A program made the position numbers and the translations under genes. A stretch of DNA of 64,000 nucleotides from Saprospiraceae bacterium. GTDB lineage: Bacteria > Bacteroidota > Bacteroidia > Chitinophagales > Saprospiraceae. Shown piece by piece: positions 41,001 through 49,709 of the stretch; the stretch's first letter is position 1, and each line of letters begins with the position of its first letter. The notes under the pieces were generated by a model. That model ran no database searches, had not been told where the DNA came from, and saw only the letters and a program-made list of their open reading frames with translations. The stretch lies in contig OZ244935.1 of assembly GCA_965222005.1 (NCBI GenBank), positions 5,458,639-5,522,638 of the forward strand. The letters run 5' to 3'.

Positions 41001-41920
41001 CAGATGCCAGTCAGTATTATTGGGACTTTGGCGACGGGAATGAAAACTTCAGCGAATCGCCTATGCACCAATATTCAAGCAATGGCGAATTTGAAGTGCT
41101 GCTAATTGCGGAAAACAGCTGTGGGCGCGATAGTATCACAAAAACGATTCAAATAGCTGCCCCGGCCCTTGCCTATTTTGAAGCGGATACCACTACCGGC
41201 TGCGCTCCTTTTGAACTGCAGTTTGCGGATGCCTCCAGTTTTCAGCCCACCGAATGGCTGTGGATTGCAAGCGGCCCGGCTCCTGACACCGCTTATGTGC
41301 AACACCCTCAGCTTCAGTTTGTACAGCCTGGTGTGTACAGCATCCAGCTTATTGCAGGCAACGCTTACGGCAGCACCACCTATTTGCTGGAGGATATAGT
41401 GATTGTAGAAGCCGCACCGGAGGCCGACTTCAGCTACGCCCAAAACGGGCCAATGGTACAGTTCACCAATTTGTCGTCAAATGCCGGGCAGGTACTTTGG
41501 CTTTTCGGGGATGGCACGGCCAGTAGTGAGGCCGATCCAGTTTATGAATATCCGGGCGCGGGCATTTATGAAGTGCAATTGATAGTCAGCAACAGCTGTG
41601 GCAGGGATACTGCCAGCCAGCAAATAGAGGTGGAGCTGTCATCGGTTTCGCAAGCCAGCTTGGGAAGCAAAGTATTGCTATTCCCCAATCCCACCACCGG
41701 GCAGTTGCAACTACTTATTGAGGAAGCACCGGCTGGAGGTGTCGCCCTGGAGCTGAGCAATTTGCTGGGCCAATCGGTTTGGAAGCAGCAGTTGGGCGGC
41801 CAGCCCGGGCGGCTGTTGGCCAAGCTGGATTTGTCGCATTTGCCAAGCGGCGCTTACCTGATGCACATTGGAGTAGGGGGAGATTTGGTAGTTTACCGCA
41901 GGGTGGTGGTGCAGCGGTAG
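38084..41920 (+). CDS. Large T9SS-sorted protein with multiple PKD domains and a central clan GH-A (GH5-like) glycoside hydrolase-like domain
   Basis: Signal peptide. At least six PKD-like repeats (e.g. FSTSGCAPLAIQFYDQSSG…). Central FWEIWNEPGF motif, which resembles the NEP catalytic strand of clan GH-A hydrolases. C-terminal T9SS sorting domain (…LLFPNPTTGQLQL…SHLPSGAYLMHIG…). 1278 aa. Confidence 0.65.
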   Translation: MQNNYISSGILLTVCLLTFSTAKLVADEADFIAFSTSGCAPLAIQFYDQSSGQPAEWLWSFPGGTPATSMEEDPEISYQMPGSFDVSLRVVIGGDTMEVTKTDYITITENTAIPAFSFQNNARTVTFTNSSQYAEQYVWEFGDGQFSTDPHPQHTYAEDGVYIVKLKVTNSCGSQSRSDVLVLDCCGQPVSYTANEQVIPYPDGFRPGVNLGYFPPWNDSQLADIAAGNPALGVPGAGAKAVRPALHEVFLEQWGYDIRIAEYEHFGSIGLKDNTAIVGFPADIHRDTTHYCTEEQSEMFANLYTDIWDNGENGTPVNDDNYLALYLYKVVNLYKDHVTFWEIWNEPGFDYTFITGYLPPGEENNWWENDPDPCDYKLRAPIYHYVRSLRIAWEVIKYIDPEAYVTLASVGYTSFLDAVLRNTDNPDSGAVVSTYPLGGGAYFDAIAIHSYPHFDGTLRYWDDQIQDFVYSRHSDMAAEGIELTKDTFQSILGQYGYDGQQFPKKEYIVTEINVPRKRFLDYLGSDTVQVNFIIKAYVEAVINEIRQIHVYDLAETFYYDDAVNEFQLMGLYQRLYETWPYQEQINDIGIAYKTASDLFFGSVYDPDRSALMAPPPGIRAEAFLDHNGHYTYVVWVETTEDLNEIASGSYTFPAAMGIGQLLRREWRHSYFPNDSLIGSTGIELTATPVFFTDTTNVFPIAPKAGFEVGGVSGCIPLTVQFEDASTTNAEQWLWTFEGGTPASSTQAKPAVVYEQAGTYDVRLEVSNASGSDVYEVKDLVVVNDTLPHSAFDLTINENVVSFSNFSANASSYLWDFGDTNDGTEANPTHTYPSNGGIYEILLIAINACGTDTSSRSIIINGDDIAPIPDFTSDVQQGCVPLTVQFHDQSTANAVDWWWTFEGGEPAFSAEQNPTVVFEEAGTYFVSLKAFNGSGQGATAFKAEYIVVDSFVLPTANFAAHVNDGLVSFENRSADASQYYWDFGDGNENFSESPMHQYSSNGEFEVLLIAENSCGRDSITKTIQIAAPALAYFEADTTTGCAPFELQFADASSFQPTEWLWIASGPAPDTAYVQHPQLQFVQPGVYSIQLIAGNAYGSTTYLLEDIVIVEAAPEADFSYAQNGPMVQFTNLSSNAGQVLWLFGDGTASSEADPVYEYPGAGIYEVQLIVSNSCGRDTASQQIEVELSSVSQASLGSKVLLFPNPTTGQLQLLIEEAPAGGVALELSNLLGQSVWKQQLGGQPGRLLAKLDLSHLPSGAYLMHIGVGGDLVVYRRVVVQR

Positions 41921-42309
41921 GGATGGCTATTTTAGTAGTACTACTGACTGGCTCATGATTTGTTTTTTCCCGCATAACAACTCGTCAATAGCTCAACATA
42001 TACATCATCCCCAACAGTCAAATTATTTGCCGTAACGGTGACGCTTCCCGGCGATATGGTTCCGTTGAGGTAAACGATGAGGTGAGGTGACTCATGAGTT
42101 GCTTTGAATTGGGTTAAATATCAGAATCCAAACGCCCTTCACTAACAAATACGCTCTAGCATAACAATTTATTTTTATATCTGCAATTTGATCGCTATAC
42201 AAAGCAGCTGTGCCCATGCCGGATATCCAATGGCTGTGGGTCGGTCCTTTTAGCCAAACCCTTCCTACTGTACAGCGATCGAATCGCTTTGGCAGCTGCC
42301 CTGCTAAAC

Positions 42310-45192
42310 CTACCTCATCACTACCACCTTCCTAAACACCAATCCCTGCTCGCAAGCTACCTTTAACAAATAACTACCTTCAGGCAAATGTCCAATTGGC
42401 AGTTCGGCAGCGCTGCCGCTGGCAGGGGTTGCCAACACTTGCCGACCGGAAATATCCAGCAGTTGCAGCTGCTTTAGCTCCAAATCGCGGGCAGAGAGGT
42501 GCAAGCGATCACTCACAGGATTTGGGAAAATGCGCAACTGCCCATCCAGCCAGGCTGTAGAAGTGGCCGTGCCAATGTCTTGAATCAGCACTATTGTTTC
42601 CAGGGGGTTCACCTCAATCTCTTCTTCCTGCGCATTGATAAGGCGGACATTGGAAATGTTGAAACGCAGCTCCGTTTCACCGTTCCCGCGACCACTCACA
42701 TCATCGCCCAACAGCAGAATGTCATCTTCAATAGTAATAATCAGGGAGCCGATCTCACCAAAGCCGGTTACAGGGGTGCCGTCGATCCGACTGAGGCCTA
42801 CATCCAAACGGCCGGGATTGTGATAATTGCGCTGCAATTGGATCATATCCTGATTGAGCTGGCCAATCCAGCCATTTTGCAAATTGAGGAATATTTGGTT
42901 GGGTTCGACGATAGAAGAGTCGTATTCCAGGCTGAAAGCCAGGCCATACACCTCGACAGCCGGATTGCCTGCCTCGCCCAATATGACCGGCAGGCTCACC
43001 GTACTGCCTTGAATAAATGTGTCGGTAGCTACATAAAAAGGTACCATCAGGCCGCGACCGGCCGGTGGCAGTTCGAGCAGCTTTTCTTTGGGTGATTCGC
43101 CCAACAGGAAGTGGCTTTGGCCCCAATTCAAAGCAATGGCCAAGGTATCGTCCATATCAAGTAATCCATTCCCATCGGTATCGGAATACTTGTAATCGAT
43201 GTTGGTGTTGGGCGTATTTTGCTGCCAGTCGGGAGCTGGCTGACCGCCCCATTGTATGCTGGCAAAAGGCCGCACCGGACCACTAGCGCCATAGCCCAAG
43301 CCTAAATTGAGGATGTCAAATTGATTGACTACGCGGCTGCTGTCCGTATCCCCTGGCCACACACAATCGCCTATCACATCAACCCACACATCTACTTGGC
43401 TAATACATCCCGAATTGGGATCGGTGATGAGGCAAGTATAAGTGCTTGGCACAATCGGGCTGGCAATTGGATCAGGGCAGGTGGTACAGGAGAGCGAATC
43501 GCCCTGCCAGAGGTAGTTGAGCGTTTGGCTGGTATTGATCTGAATAGCGGCCGTTTCGCCCCGGCATAGCTCGAAGCTGTCTTGGGCAATGCTTGCATCT
43601 ACTAATCCGACGGTGGCCGTTGTCACTGCTGTACAGCCATTGTCATCTACAACCGTTAGTATATATTCATCTGCCGATAAATTACTAATATCTTCTGTAG
43701 TCACGCCATTGTTCCAAATAAAACTATAGGGCAGTATTCCGCCACTTACAGTAGCATCTATGCTACCTGAAGCCGGGTCATTCAATGAACAAGAGGCACT
43801 AAGCTGAATAGATATCGGTGGCGGTTCTGTAACAACAAAATTCTCGATTTTGTTACAGCCATTGCAATCCGTAATGGTTATTACATAAGTTCCCGCTGAC
43901 AAATTAAACAGGCTGGGAGTAGTTGCACCTGTTGACCAAATATATGCATAAGGCGAACAACCGCCAGTGATCGGTCCTAATATACATTGACCATCAAACT
44001 CACCATAACAACTTACATCTTGCACTATCAAATCAACCTCTATCGGATCAGGTTCATCAACTACTATGGTCATTGTTTCTGACAATCCGCTCGCATCAGA
44101 TATTGTAATGTTATAATCTCCTGCTGACAGGTTGAAAGCAGTACCGGAGTTGGTAATATTGGGATCCCATTGGTAAGTATAGGGAGGTATGCCGCCCATT
44201 ACCGAAATCGATATGCTACCATCGGTACCCCCAGAACAGCTTACATCGGTCACCAATACACTGATTTCCAATCCGTCCTTCACTACCAAATCACTCTGAC
44301 AGCTATTTCCAGTAGCCGGGTCTTTAACTATAGCCACTAGGTCAAGGCCAATGTGACTGTCATCAAGAGGCTGCGGGTAGGTGGTAGTACCAGCCAGATC
44401 CTGAATGGTCACCGGAAGCTGGGAAAAACAGCTTTCGTAATTCGACTCTAGTATCATATCGGCAGTTACTGTATTCGGACAAGTCGGACAAACACCTAGT
44501 GTTACCGTATCGCTGCGGCATGAGAGCATAGGATTCATATCAGCCGTGACGTTAAAGGCACAATTGGCTGTGTTGCCTACACCATCAATACCGGTATAAG
44601 TGACTTGGCTAATTCCGATATTAAAAGCTGATCCTGACACATCGCCAGTGCCAGTTCCCGAGGTGGCTCCCGCGATGGAATAGATGAGCGACACACTGCT
44701 GCAATTGTCAGAAGTAGCAGGGGCAAGATTGAAAGCAGTAGCAGCACACCGGCCCGGGTCAGCAGTGACAATCTCTTCGGCAGGGCAATTGATAACGGGC
44801 GGCTCGGTATCGGGATCCACATTGATATAGCCGAAACGGCAAAGCGTATCGACAGCACCGGCATTGTCGATCACTCGCAGGCAAACGGTATACGAGCCTG
44901 CTAAAAATGTAGTAGTAGGATTGATCATGACACTGATGTTTCCGTCATCAAAATCCCACTGCCAATCTACAATCTGATCATTGGTAGTAGTTGAAAGGTC
45001 GGTAAACTGAACTTGCAGCGGCGCACAGCCAGAAGTGACATTGGCTGTAAAATTGGCTGTGGGCTGGGCATCCAATACTTGAGCCGGCAGACAGCTTAGG
45101 CAGAGAAGGAGCATGCTTATTCTCATGGGGAAAGTTGTTTTGTATAGCGAAATTAGCTTCATAGCAACAAAAATAAACCGGGAGCCATACAA
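42310..45192 (-). CDS. Giant T9SS-sorted adhesin-like protein A (PKD/HYR, SprB repeats, dockerin-like and cohesin-like modules)
   Basis: Signal peptide. N-terminal PKD-like and HYR-like modules. Three SprB repeats (PPYTYQWDPNITNSG…, SPYAYIWSTGATTPS…, LPYSFIWNNGVTTED…). Ca-binding dockerin-like pair (GDTDSSRVVNQFDILNL… and DTDGNGLLDMDDTLAIALNW). Cohesin-like segment (…VEVYGLAFSLEYDSSIV…). C-terminal T9SS sorting domain (…IFPNPVSDRLHL…GHLPEGSYLLKV…). 960 aa. Confidence 0.7.
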   Translation of the reverse strand: MYGSRFIFVAMKLISLYKTTFPMRISMLLLCLSCLPAQVLDAQPTANFTANVTSGCAPLQVQFTDLSTTTNDQIVDWQWDFDDGNISVMINPTTTFLAGSYTVCLRVIDNAGAVDTLCRFGYINVDPDTEPPVINCPAEEIVTADPGRCAATAFNLAPATSDNCSSVSLIYSIAGATSGTGTGDVSGSAFNIGISQVTYTGIDGVGNTANCAFNVTADMNPMLSCRSDTVTLGVCPTCPNTVTADMILESNYESCFSQLPVTIQDLAGTTTYPQPLDDSHIGLDLVAIVKDPATGNSCQSDLVVKDGLEISVLVTDVSCSGGTDGSISISVMGGIPPYTYQWDPNITNSGTAFNLSAGDYNITISDASGLSETMTIVVDEPDPIEVDLIVQDVSCYGEFDGQCILGPITGGCSPYAYIWSTGATTPSLFNLSAGTYVITITDCNGCNKIENFVVTEPPPISIQLSASCSLNDPASGSIDATVSGGILPYSFIWNNGVTTEDISNLSADEYILTVVDDNGCTAVTTATVGLVDASIAQDSFELCRGETAAIQINTSQTLNYLWQGDSLSCTTCPDPIASPIVPSTYTCLITDPNSGCISQVDVWVDVIGDCVWPGDTDSSRVVNQFDILNLGLGYGASGPVRPFASIQWGGQPAPDWQQNTPNTNIDYKYSDTDGNGLLDMDDTLAIALNWGQSHFLLGESPKEKLLELPPAGRGLMVPFYVATDTFIQGSTVSLPVILGEAGNPAVEVYGLAFSLEYDSSIVEPNQIFLNLQNGWIGQLNQDMIQLQRNYHNPGRLDVGLSRIDGTPVTGFGEIGSLIITIEDDILLLGDDVSGRGNGETELRFNISNVRLINAQEEEIEVNPLETIVLIQDIGTATSTAWLDGQLRIFPNPVSDRLHLSARDLELKQLQLLDISGRQVLATPASGSAAELPIGHLPEGSYLLKVACEQGLVFRKVVVMR

Positions 45193-45293
45193 AAAAAAGT
45201 ATTTTTATAGGACTTTATAGAAAAATAAAATGTCATTACAATAAATTATTGCTATAATTAGGCATCATATTGAGCAATTTTATAGAAATCTAA

Positions 45294-46754
45294 ATGTTCA
45301 AATCCGGCATTCTCTCCCTGCTAAGGATGCTATCTGCCAAAGAGCGCAGGCAGTTTAGCACATTTGTACACTCCGATGCATTTCACAAACACAAAAAGGT
45401 ACGACACCTTTGCAGGATATTATTGGAAAAAGCTCCTCGTTTTGAATCGGAGCAATTGGATAAAAGAAAGCTGTTTGGGCAAATCTATGGCCCGCAGCCC
45501 TACGATGAGCTAAAGATGAACAACCTCATCTCCTACCTTCAGCAATGCCTGAATGATTTTTTGGCGTGGCGGGAATACCGAATGCAGCCTGCCCTGCGCC
45601 AACATCTGCTGCTCAACGCCCTGCTCAAAATGGAAGCCCCCGACCAGCACCTGAGCCGCGCCAACCGGCGCTTTCGGCAAATTCAGCAAAAAGCCGCTAC
45701 TCGGAATGCCGATTTCTATTTGTACCAATACCGAATGTATGAAAAGGTCGATCAACAGCTACTTACCCGCTCAAAACGCAGTTTTAACCAAAACCTGCAA
45801 CGGCAAAGCGACCAGTTCGACATGTACTACATTGCCAATAAGCTGCGCATCGCCTGTGATATGGCCAGCCGAAATATTGTCATACAGGCCGCCTATGAGT
45901 GCCACAGTCTCGATCAGCTGTTTGCCATGCTGGATGCACAGCCGAAACTGAAGGAGATTCCCGTCATCAAAATTTATTCGGAAGCCTTCCGTATGCTGCA
46001 ATCTGCAGATGCCCGGCATTATCGCCAACTGATTGCTCTGCTCGATAAGCATTCCGGTCTTTTGCCACCGGCAGAATTGCTCACCGTTTACAACTATGCC
46101 CTCAACTTCTGCATTCGTCGGATCAATAGTGGTGAGGGATCTTATTACCGGGAAGTGCTCAATTTGTACAAAATACTATTGGAGCGTAAGGTTTTGCTGC
46201 ACAGTGGGCATCTTACGCAATGGACCTACAAGAACATCTCTACAGTCGGTATCCGTTTGCACGAATATGAATGGACGGAGCAGTTTATTCACCAATTCAA
46301 ATCTCGGCTCGCTGCAGAAGACCAGCACAATGCCTATACCTACAACTTGGCGGCCTTTTATTATGCCACCCAAGCATACAAAAAAGCCCTGCAGCAGTTG
46401 CAGGATGTGAAATTTACGGATGATACGTATCACCTGGGCGCCAAGATCATTCAACTGAAGAGCTATTATGAGCTGGATGAAGGCGAGGCCTTCCTCTCAT
46501 TGATAGAAGCTTTTAAAAGGTACATACAGCGCAACCGCAGCCTGTCCGATTATCGGAAAAAGGCAAATGCTCACTTTTTGTACCTCGCCCGCCGAATCTT
46601 TCTGCTCAAGCAGCAACTCTCCCTGCTCTCCGCAGCCAAGCTCAAACGTAAGGCCCGCACGATCCGCCAAAAGATGAGTAGCCTCCAACCAATAGCGAAT
46701 AAGGATTGGCTGGAGGAGGTGTTTGACAAAATCAGGCAAGATGAGGGAGGTTAG
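45294..46754 (+). CDS. Uncharacterised all-alpha protein, paralog A (divergent partner of adhesin A)
   Basis: 486 aa, no signal peptide or TM. Paralogous along its full length to 53801-55252 (shared blocks: LLRxLSxKERxxF, RKLLFGQLFGP, DMASRNIV, GAKIIQLKSY, NxDWLE). No recognisable catalytic or HTH motif. Confidence 0.5.
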   Translation: MFKSGILSLLRMLSAKERRQFSTFVHSDAFHKHKKVRHLCRILLEKAPRFESEQLDKRKLFGQIYGPQPYDELKMNNLISYLQQCLNDFLAWREYRMQPALRQHLLLNALLKMEAPDQHLSRANRRFRQIQQKAATRNADFYLYQYRMYEKVDQQLLTRSKRSFNQNLQRQSDQFDMYYIANKLRIACDMASRNIVIQAAYECHSLDQLFAMLDAQPKLKEIPVIKIYSEAFRMLQSADARHYRQLIALLDKHSGLLPPAELLTVYNYALNFCIRRINSGEGSYYREVLNLYKILLERKVLLHSGHLTQWTYKNISTVGIRLHEYEWTEQFIHQFKSRLAAEDQHNAYTYNLAAFYYATQAYKKALQQLQDVKFTDDTYHLGAKIIQLKSYYELDEGEAFLSLIEAFKRYIQRNRSLSDYRKKANAHFLYLARRIFLLKQQLSLLSAAKLKRKARTIRQKMSSLQPIANKDWLEEVFDKIRQDEGG

Positions 46755-46820
46755 CCTGTAAGGCAGACTTTTAGACAGCAGACTTCCAGGTAGCAGCCCA
46801 TCTGACCACCTGCTGTTCTA

Positions 46821-47438
46821 TTACCTCGGGCAGCCGCTTCCGTTGAGGTCGCCGGTAAGCACACCTACCCAGTCCAGATCTTCTATATCACTGCTAAGAA
46901 GTACGGTGGCCGAGTCCACCCAGCCGCTGCTTCCCGGGTTGAGTGGGTTGGGAAATTCAAAATTGGTGGTAGCAAAGCGCCATATCTGGTAGTAGGGCCC
47001 TTCGTTGATCGTCAAAATCCATTTGCGCATAATCACTGCATCAAAGGACGAAACGGTGCCGGACTGATTGACATCGGCTGCTAATAGCTGAAAAGGTGTG
47101 GGAATGACGTAACTCAAAATACCTTTGATAACCAATACGATGTCAAAGGTAGTCACCCCCTGGATATAGCTTTCTGCTTCCTTTAGGGGTGTGATGGTAT
47201 AGCTGCCACCGAGGGGCAGCGCAGGCGATTGGTAATAGCCATTGGCATCCGTAGATACCGAAATGGGCTCCTGGAGTAATGGGCCTTCTATTAGTACTTT
47301 CACTATGTCCAGGGGGCTGCCATCGGGTTCAAAGCAGGTGATTTTTCCACCAATCGTTGCCTGGGCAAACGCATGGGTGGTAAAAAAACAAAAGGACAGA
47401 ACAATAAACAGGCTGGGAAGGGTAAAGTGCTTTTTCAT
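46821..47438 (-). CDS. Small secreted protein, paralog 1 (CarboxypepD_reg-like beta-sandwich plus dockerin-like module)
   Basis: Signal peptide MKKHFTLPSLFIVLSFCFFTTHAFAQ. N-terminal beta-sandwich-like segment (GKITCFEPDGSPL…TDANGYYQSPALPLGGSYTITP). Dockerin-like repeat LLAADVNQSGTVSSFDAVIMRKWIL. Paralogous to 48358-48963 and 49070-49696. Confidence 0.55.
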   Translation of the reverse strand: MKKHFTLPSLFIVLSFCFFTTHAFAQATIGGKITCFEPDGSPLDIVKVLIEGPLLQEPISVSTDANGYYQSPALPLGGSYTITPLKEAESYIQGVTTFDIVLVIKGILSYVIPTPFQLLAADVNQSGTVSSFDAVIMRKWILTINEGPYYQIWRFATTNFEFPNPLNPGSSGWVDSATVLLSSDIEDLDWVGVLTGDLNGSGCPR

Positions 47439-47637
47439 GCAATGGGATTTGTTTTGTTGTAAAAAATATGTTCACTAATAAAGTTACGAAATCCTGCGGG
47501 GATAGGCAATTCGTTTTCGCCTCTTCTTGCACTAGCGATATAACTTACTGAAAATCAACTGATTACACATTCCAACATCAAATCAACTGGCCAAATCCTG
47601 ACCCCCTCTGCTATGCAGCAATGCGGATTTAGAGCGT

Positions 47638-47873
47638 CTAAGTATTGTTCAAAAAATTATACCGCTGGCGGTTCGAGAGTGATAAATCACGCTCAATCTT
47701 TTGGCGCTATATCGCACAGGCGATTGGGATTCGCTATCGCTCATCAGGCAGCTGAGCTATAAATTCTCTTTTCAATTTTTGAATTAGGCTCCACTTCACT
47801 ACCCCTTGGTCGTTCAGCTATCGCCTATTTCAAAAATGTCGGATTTATGTTTTGAATGTTCCTTCCTCAATAA
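47638..47873. repeat. Intergenic repeat element, copy B (copy A at 26510-26636), with a 107-bp internal insertion
   Basis: See copy A. The insertion (47663-47769) splits the TCAAAAAATTA and CTCTTTTCAATTTTTGAATTA modules. Confidence 0.5.
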
Positions 47874-47963
47874 AAATCTTCCAACACATTTGGTCAAAAT
47901 ATCATATTTATATGTACCTTGAGATTGATAACAATATCTAAACTAAACGAAAAACTTGTAATT

Positions 47964-48254
47964 ATGTCACTTTTACCATTGATCATTCAGCTCATTAGTG
48001 GAGCATTAGGCGGTAACCTCGCCGGTTCATTGCTGAAAAATTTATCGCTTGGTACGCTCGGCAACTCCATTGCGGGCATCTTGGGCGGTGGCCTCGGCGG
48101 TCAGTTGTTGGGCATGCTGGGCATGGCTACACAAACCGGCAGTATGGACCTGGCCAGTATTTTAGGCAGCATTGCAGGCGGCGGCGTAGGTGGTGGTGTA
48201 TTAATGGCCATCATCGGTATGATTAAACGGGCGATGGGCGGTTCGAGCTCATAA
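47964..48254 (+). CDS. GlsB/YeaQ/YmgE-family (transglycosylase-associated) small glycine-rich membrane protein
   Basis: Gly-rich amphipathic TM segments (LISGALGGNLAGSLL…GILGGGLGGQLLGMLG…IAGGGVGGGVLMAIIGMI). The ORF-track start at 47919 is probably too far upstream. The likely start is MSLLPLII. Confidence 0.55.
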   Translation: MSLLPLIIQLISGALGGNLAGSLLKNLSLGTLGNSIAGILGGGLGGQLLGMLGMATQTGSMDLASILGSIAGGGVGGGVLMAIIGMIKRAMGGSSS

Positions 48255-48357
48255 TCCGGATTCCCAAAAAACAACTTCTTTCATATATATAAAAAGCGAT
48301 AACAGCTTTACGTAGTTGTTATCGCTTCTTTCGCTATTTGCAAACTCGTTGCTGCTT

Positions 48358-48963
48358 CTACTCGCAGGAGTTGCTGTCATTAATATCCCCCAGATGCACT
48401 CCTACAAAATCAATATGGCTAATAGTCCCCTGCAAACTGAATACTTCGATATGGTCCACACTACCCTGCCCCTGCGGACTGGCAGGCGAAGGAAACTCGA
48501 AATCAGTAGAAGCGAATCGCCAGCCCCGTCCCATGGGATCGGTAATAATGGCTAAAATCCATTGACGGATCACAATCATATCAAAAACGGTAAGCTGTCC
48601 ATCCCTATTCACATCAGCAGCAAGCAATTGGAACGGCCCCAGTGAGCTGGTTTGGAGTACGTTCTTCATCATCAAAACCATATCAAAAGTAGTTACACCA
48701 TTTAACAGGCTGGTACTCGCCTTTGAGGGTGTGATAAGGTAATTGCCGCCCAGTGGTAAATTACTTACCGAATACGCACCCTCTCCATCCGTAAGAACAA
48801 AGATGTCATTGGCGAGCATATCACCGGAAATGGTCACCCGCACATTTTCCATTCCTGTCCCGCCTGGCGAATAGCAATAGACATGACCACTGATCTGGCC
48901 TTGTGCTAATATATTGGAGCTAAAGCTCAATAGTATTATTGAAAGAAAAAGTATATTTTTCAT
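48358..48963 (-). CDS. Small secreted protein, paralog 2 (CarboxypepD_reg-like plus dockerin-like)
   Basis: Signal peptide. ISGHVYCYSPGGTGMENVRVTISG…DGEGAYSVSNLPLGGNYLITP. Dockerin-like LLAADVNRDGQLTVFDMIVIRQWIL. Confidence 0.55.
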   Translation of the reverse strand: MKNILFLSIILLSFSSNILAQGQISGHVYCYSPGGTGMENVRVTISGDMLANDIFVLTDGEGAYSVSNLPLGGNYLITPSKASTSLLNGVTTFDMVLMMKNVLQTSSLGPFQLLAADVNRDGQLTVFDMIVIRQWILAIITDPMGRGWRFASTDFEFPSPASPQGQGSVDHIEVFSLQGTISHIDFVGVHLGDINDSNSCE

Positions 48964-49069
48964 AAGTCTGCTTATAATTGTTGTTTAGAAAACAGGGAAA
49001 AGAGTGTCTGTACATTGAGCAACTTTGGATCAAGTTGCTCAATGCATTTCAACAGGCTATCAGGCTATA

Positions 49070-49696
49070 CTAATTCAAATCGACATCCAGGTTGGCATCT
49101 CCCGTCTTGACTCCCGTAAAATCGAGATTTTCAATATCCTGCTGCAAATTGTCGATCATTCCGTCAAAAACAGGATAGGCCAATGGGTCCCACGGATTGC
49201 CCGTTAGTGTAATATGCGTGTAGATAAACTGCCAGGTAGTAGTGTTGGGCCAGGTCGGATCAATGCCGAGGATTAACTTACGGGTCAATACCAAATCAAA
49301 AGTGGTAACAGTACTGGAAGCATTGACATCCATAGCATACAAATTGAACGGGTTTTGTATGCTGGTAATCGCCAAAATATGTTTACGCATCGTCACCAGG
49401 TCGCTCATATCTACACCATTGGTTGGGCTATCGGTTTTACTCAGGTTGACGGCATAGTTGACCCCTTTGGACAGATCGGCAATCTCATAATAGCCCTCAG
49501 CATCGGTTTGTACCGTCGTGTTAACATTGCCACCCACTACCTGCACCGACACACCCTCCATAGGCATACCGGTAATGAAAGTTACCCTGCCTGAAATAGT
49601 AGCCGTAGAATCGGTCAGTACGCCGGCCTGTCCGGTGTACAGGCTACCCAGCATACACAACACACTCAAAATGATATCTTTACAGATATTATTCAT
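49070..49696 (-). CDS. Small secreted protein, paralog 3 (CarboxypepD_reg-like plus dockerin-like)
   Basis: Signal peptide. ISGRVTFITGMPMEGVSVQVVGG…DAEGYYEIADLSKGVNYAVN. Dockerin-like LYAMDVNASSTVTTFDLVLTRKLIL. Starts 13 bp downstream of the giant adhesin B stop, so likely the same operon. Confidence 0.55.
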   Translation of the reverse strand: MNNICKDIILSVLCMLGSLYTGQAGVLTDSTATISGRVTFITGMPMEGVSVQVVGGNVNTTVQTDAEGYYEIADLSKGVNYAVNLSKTDSPTNGVDMSDLVTMRKHILAITSIQNPFNLYAMDVNASSTVTTFDLVLTRKLILGIDPTWPNTTTWQFIYTHITLTGNPWDPLAYPVFDGMIDNLQQDIENLDFTGVKTGDANLDVDLN

Positions 49697-49709
49697 GATA
49701 ATTTGTTTT

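Noticed and set aside
47655-47700. tRNA-like GGTTCGAG motif in the intergenic region
   Set aside because: No acceptor-stem or anticodon-arm complementarity around it. It lies inside the 107-bp insertion of the repeat element.
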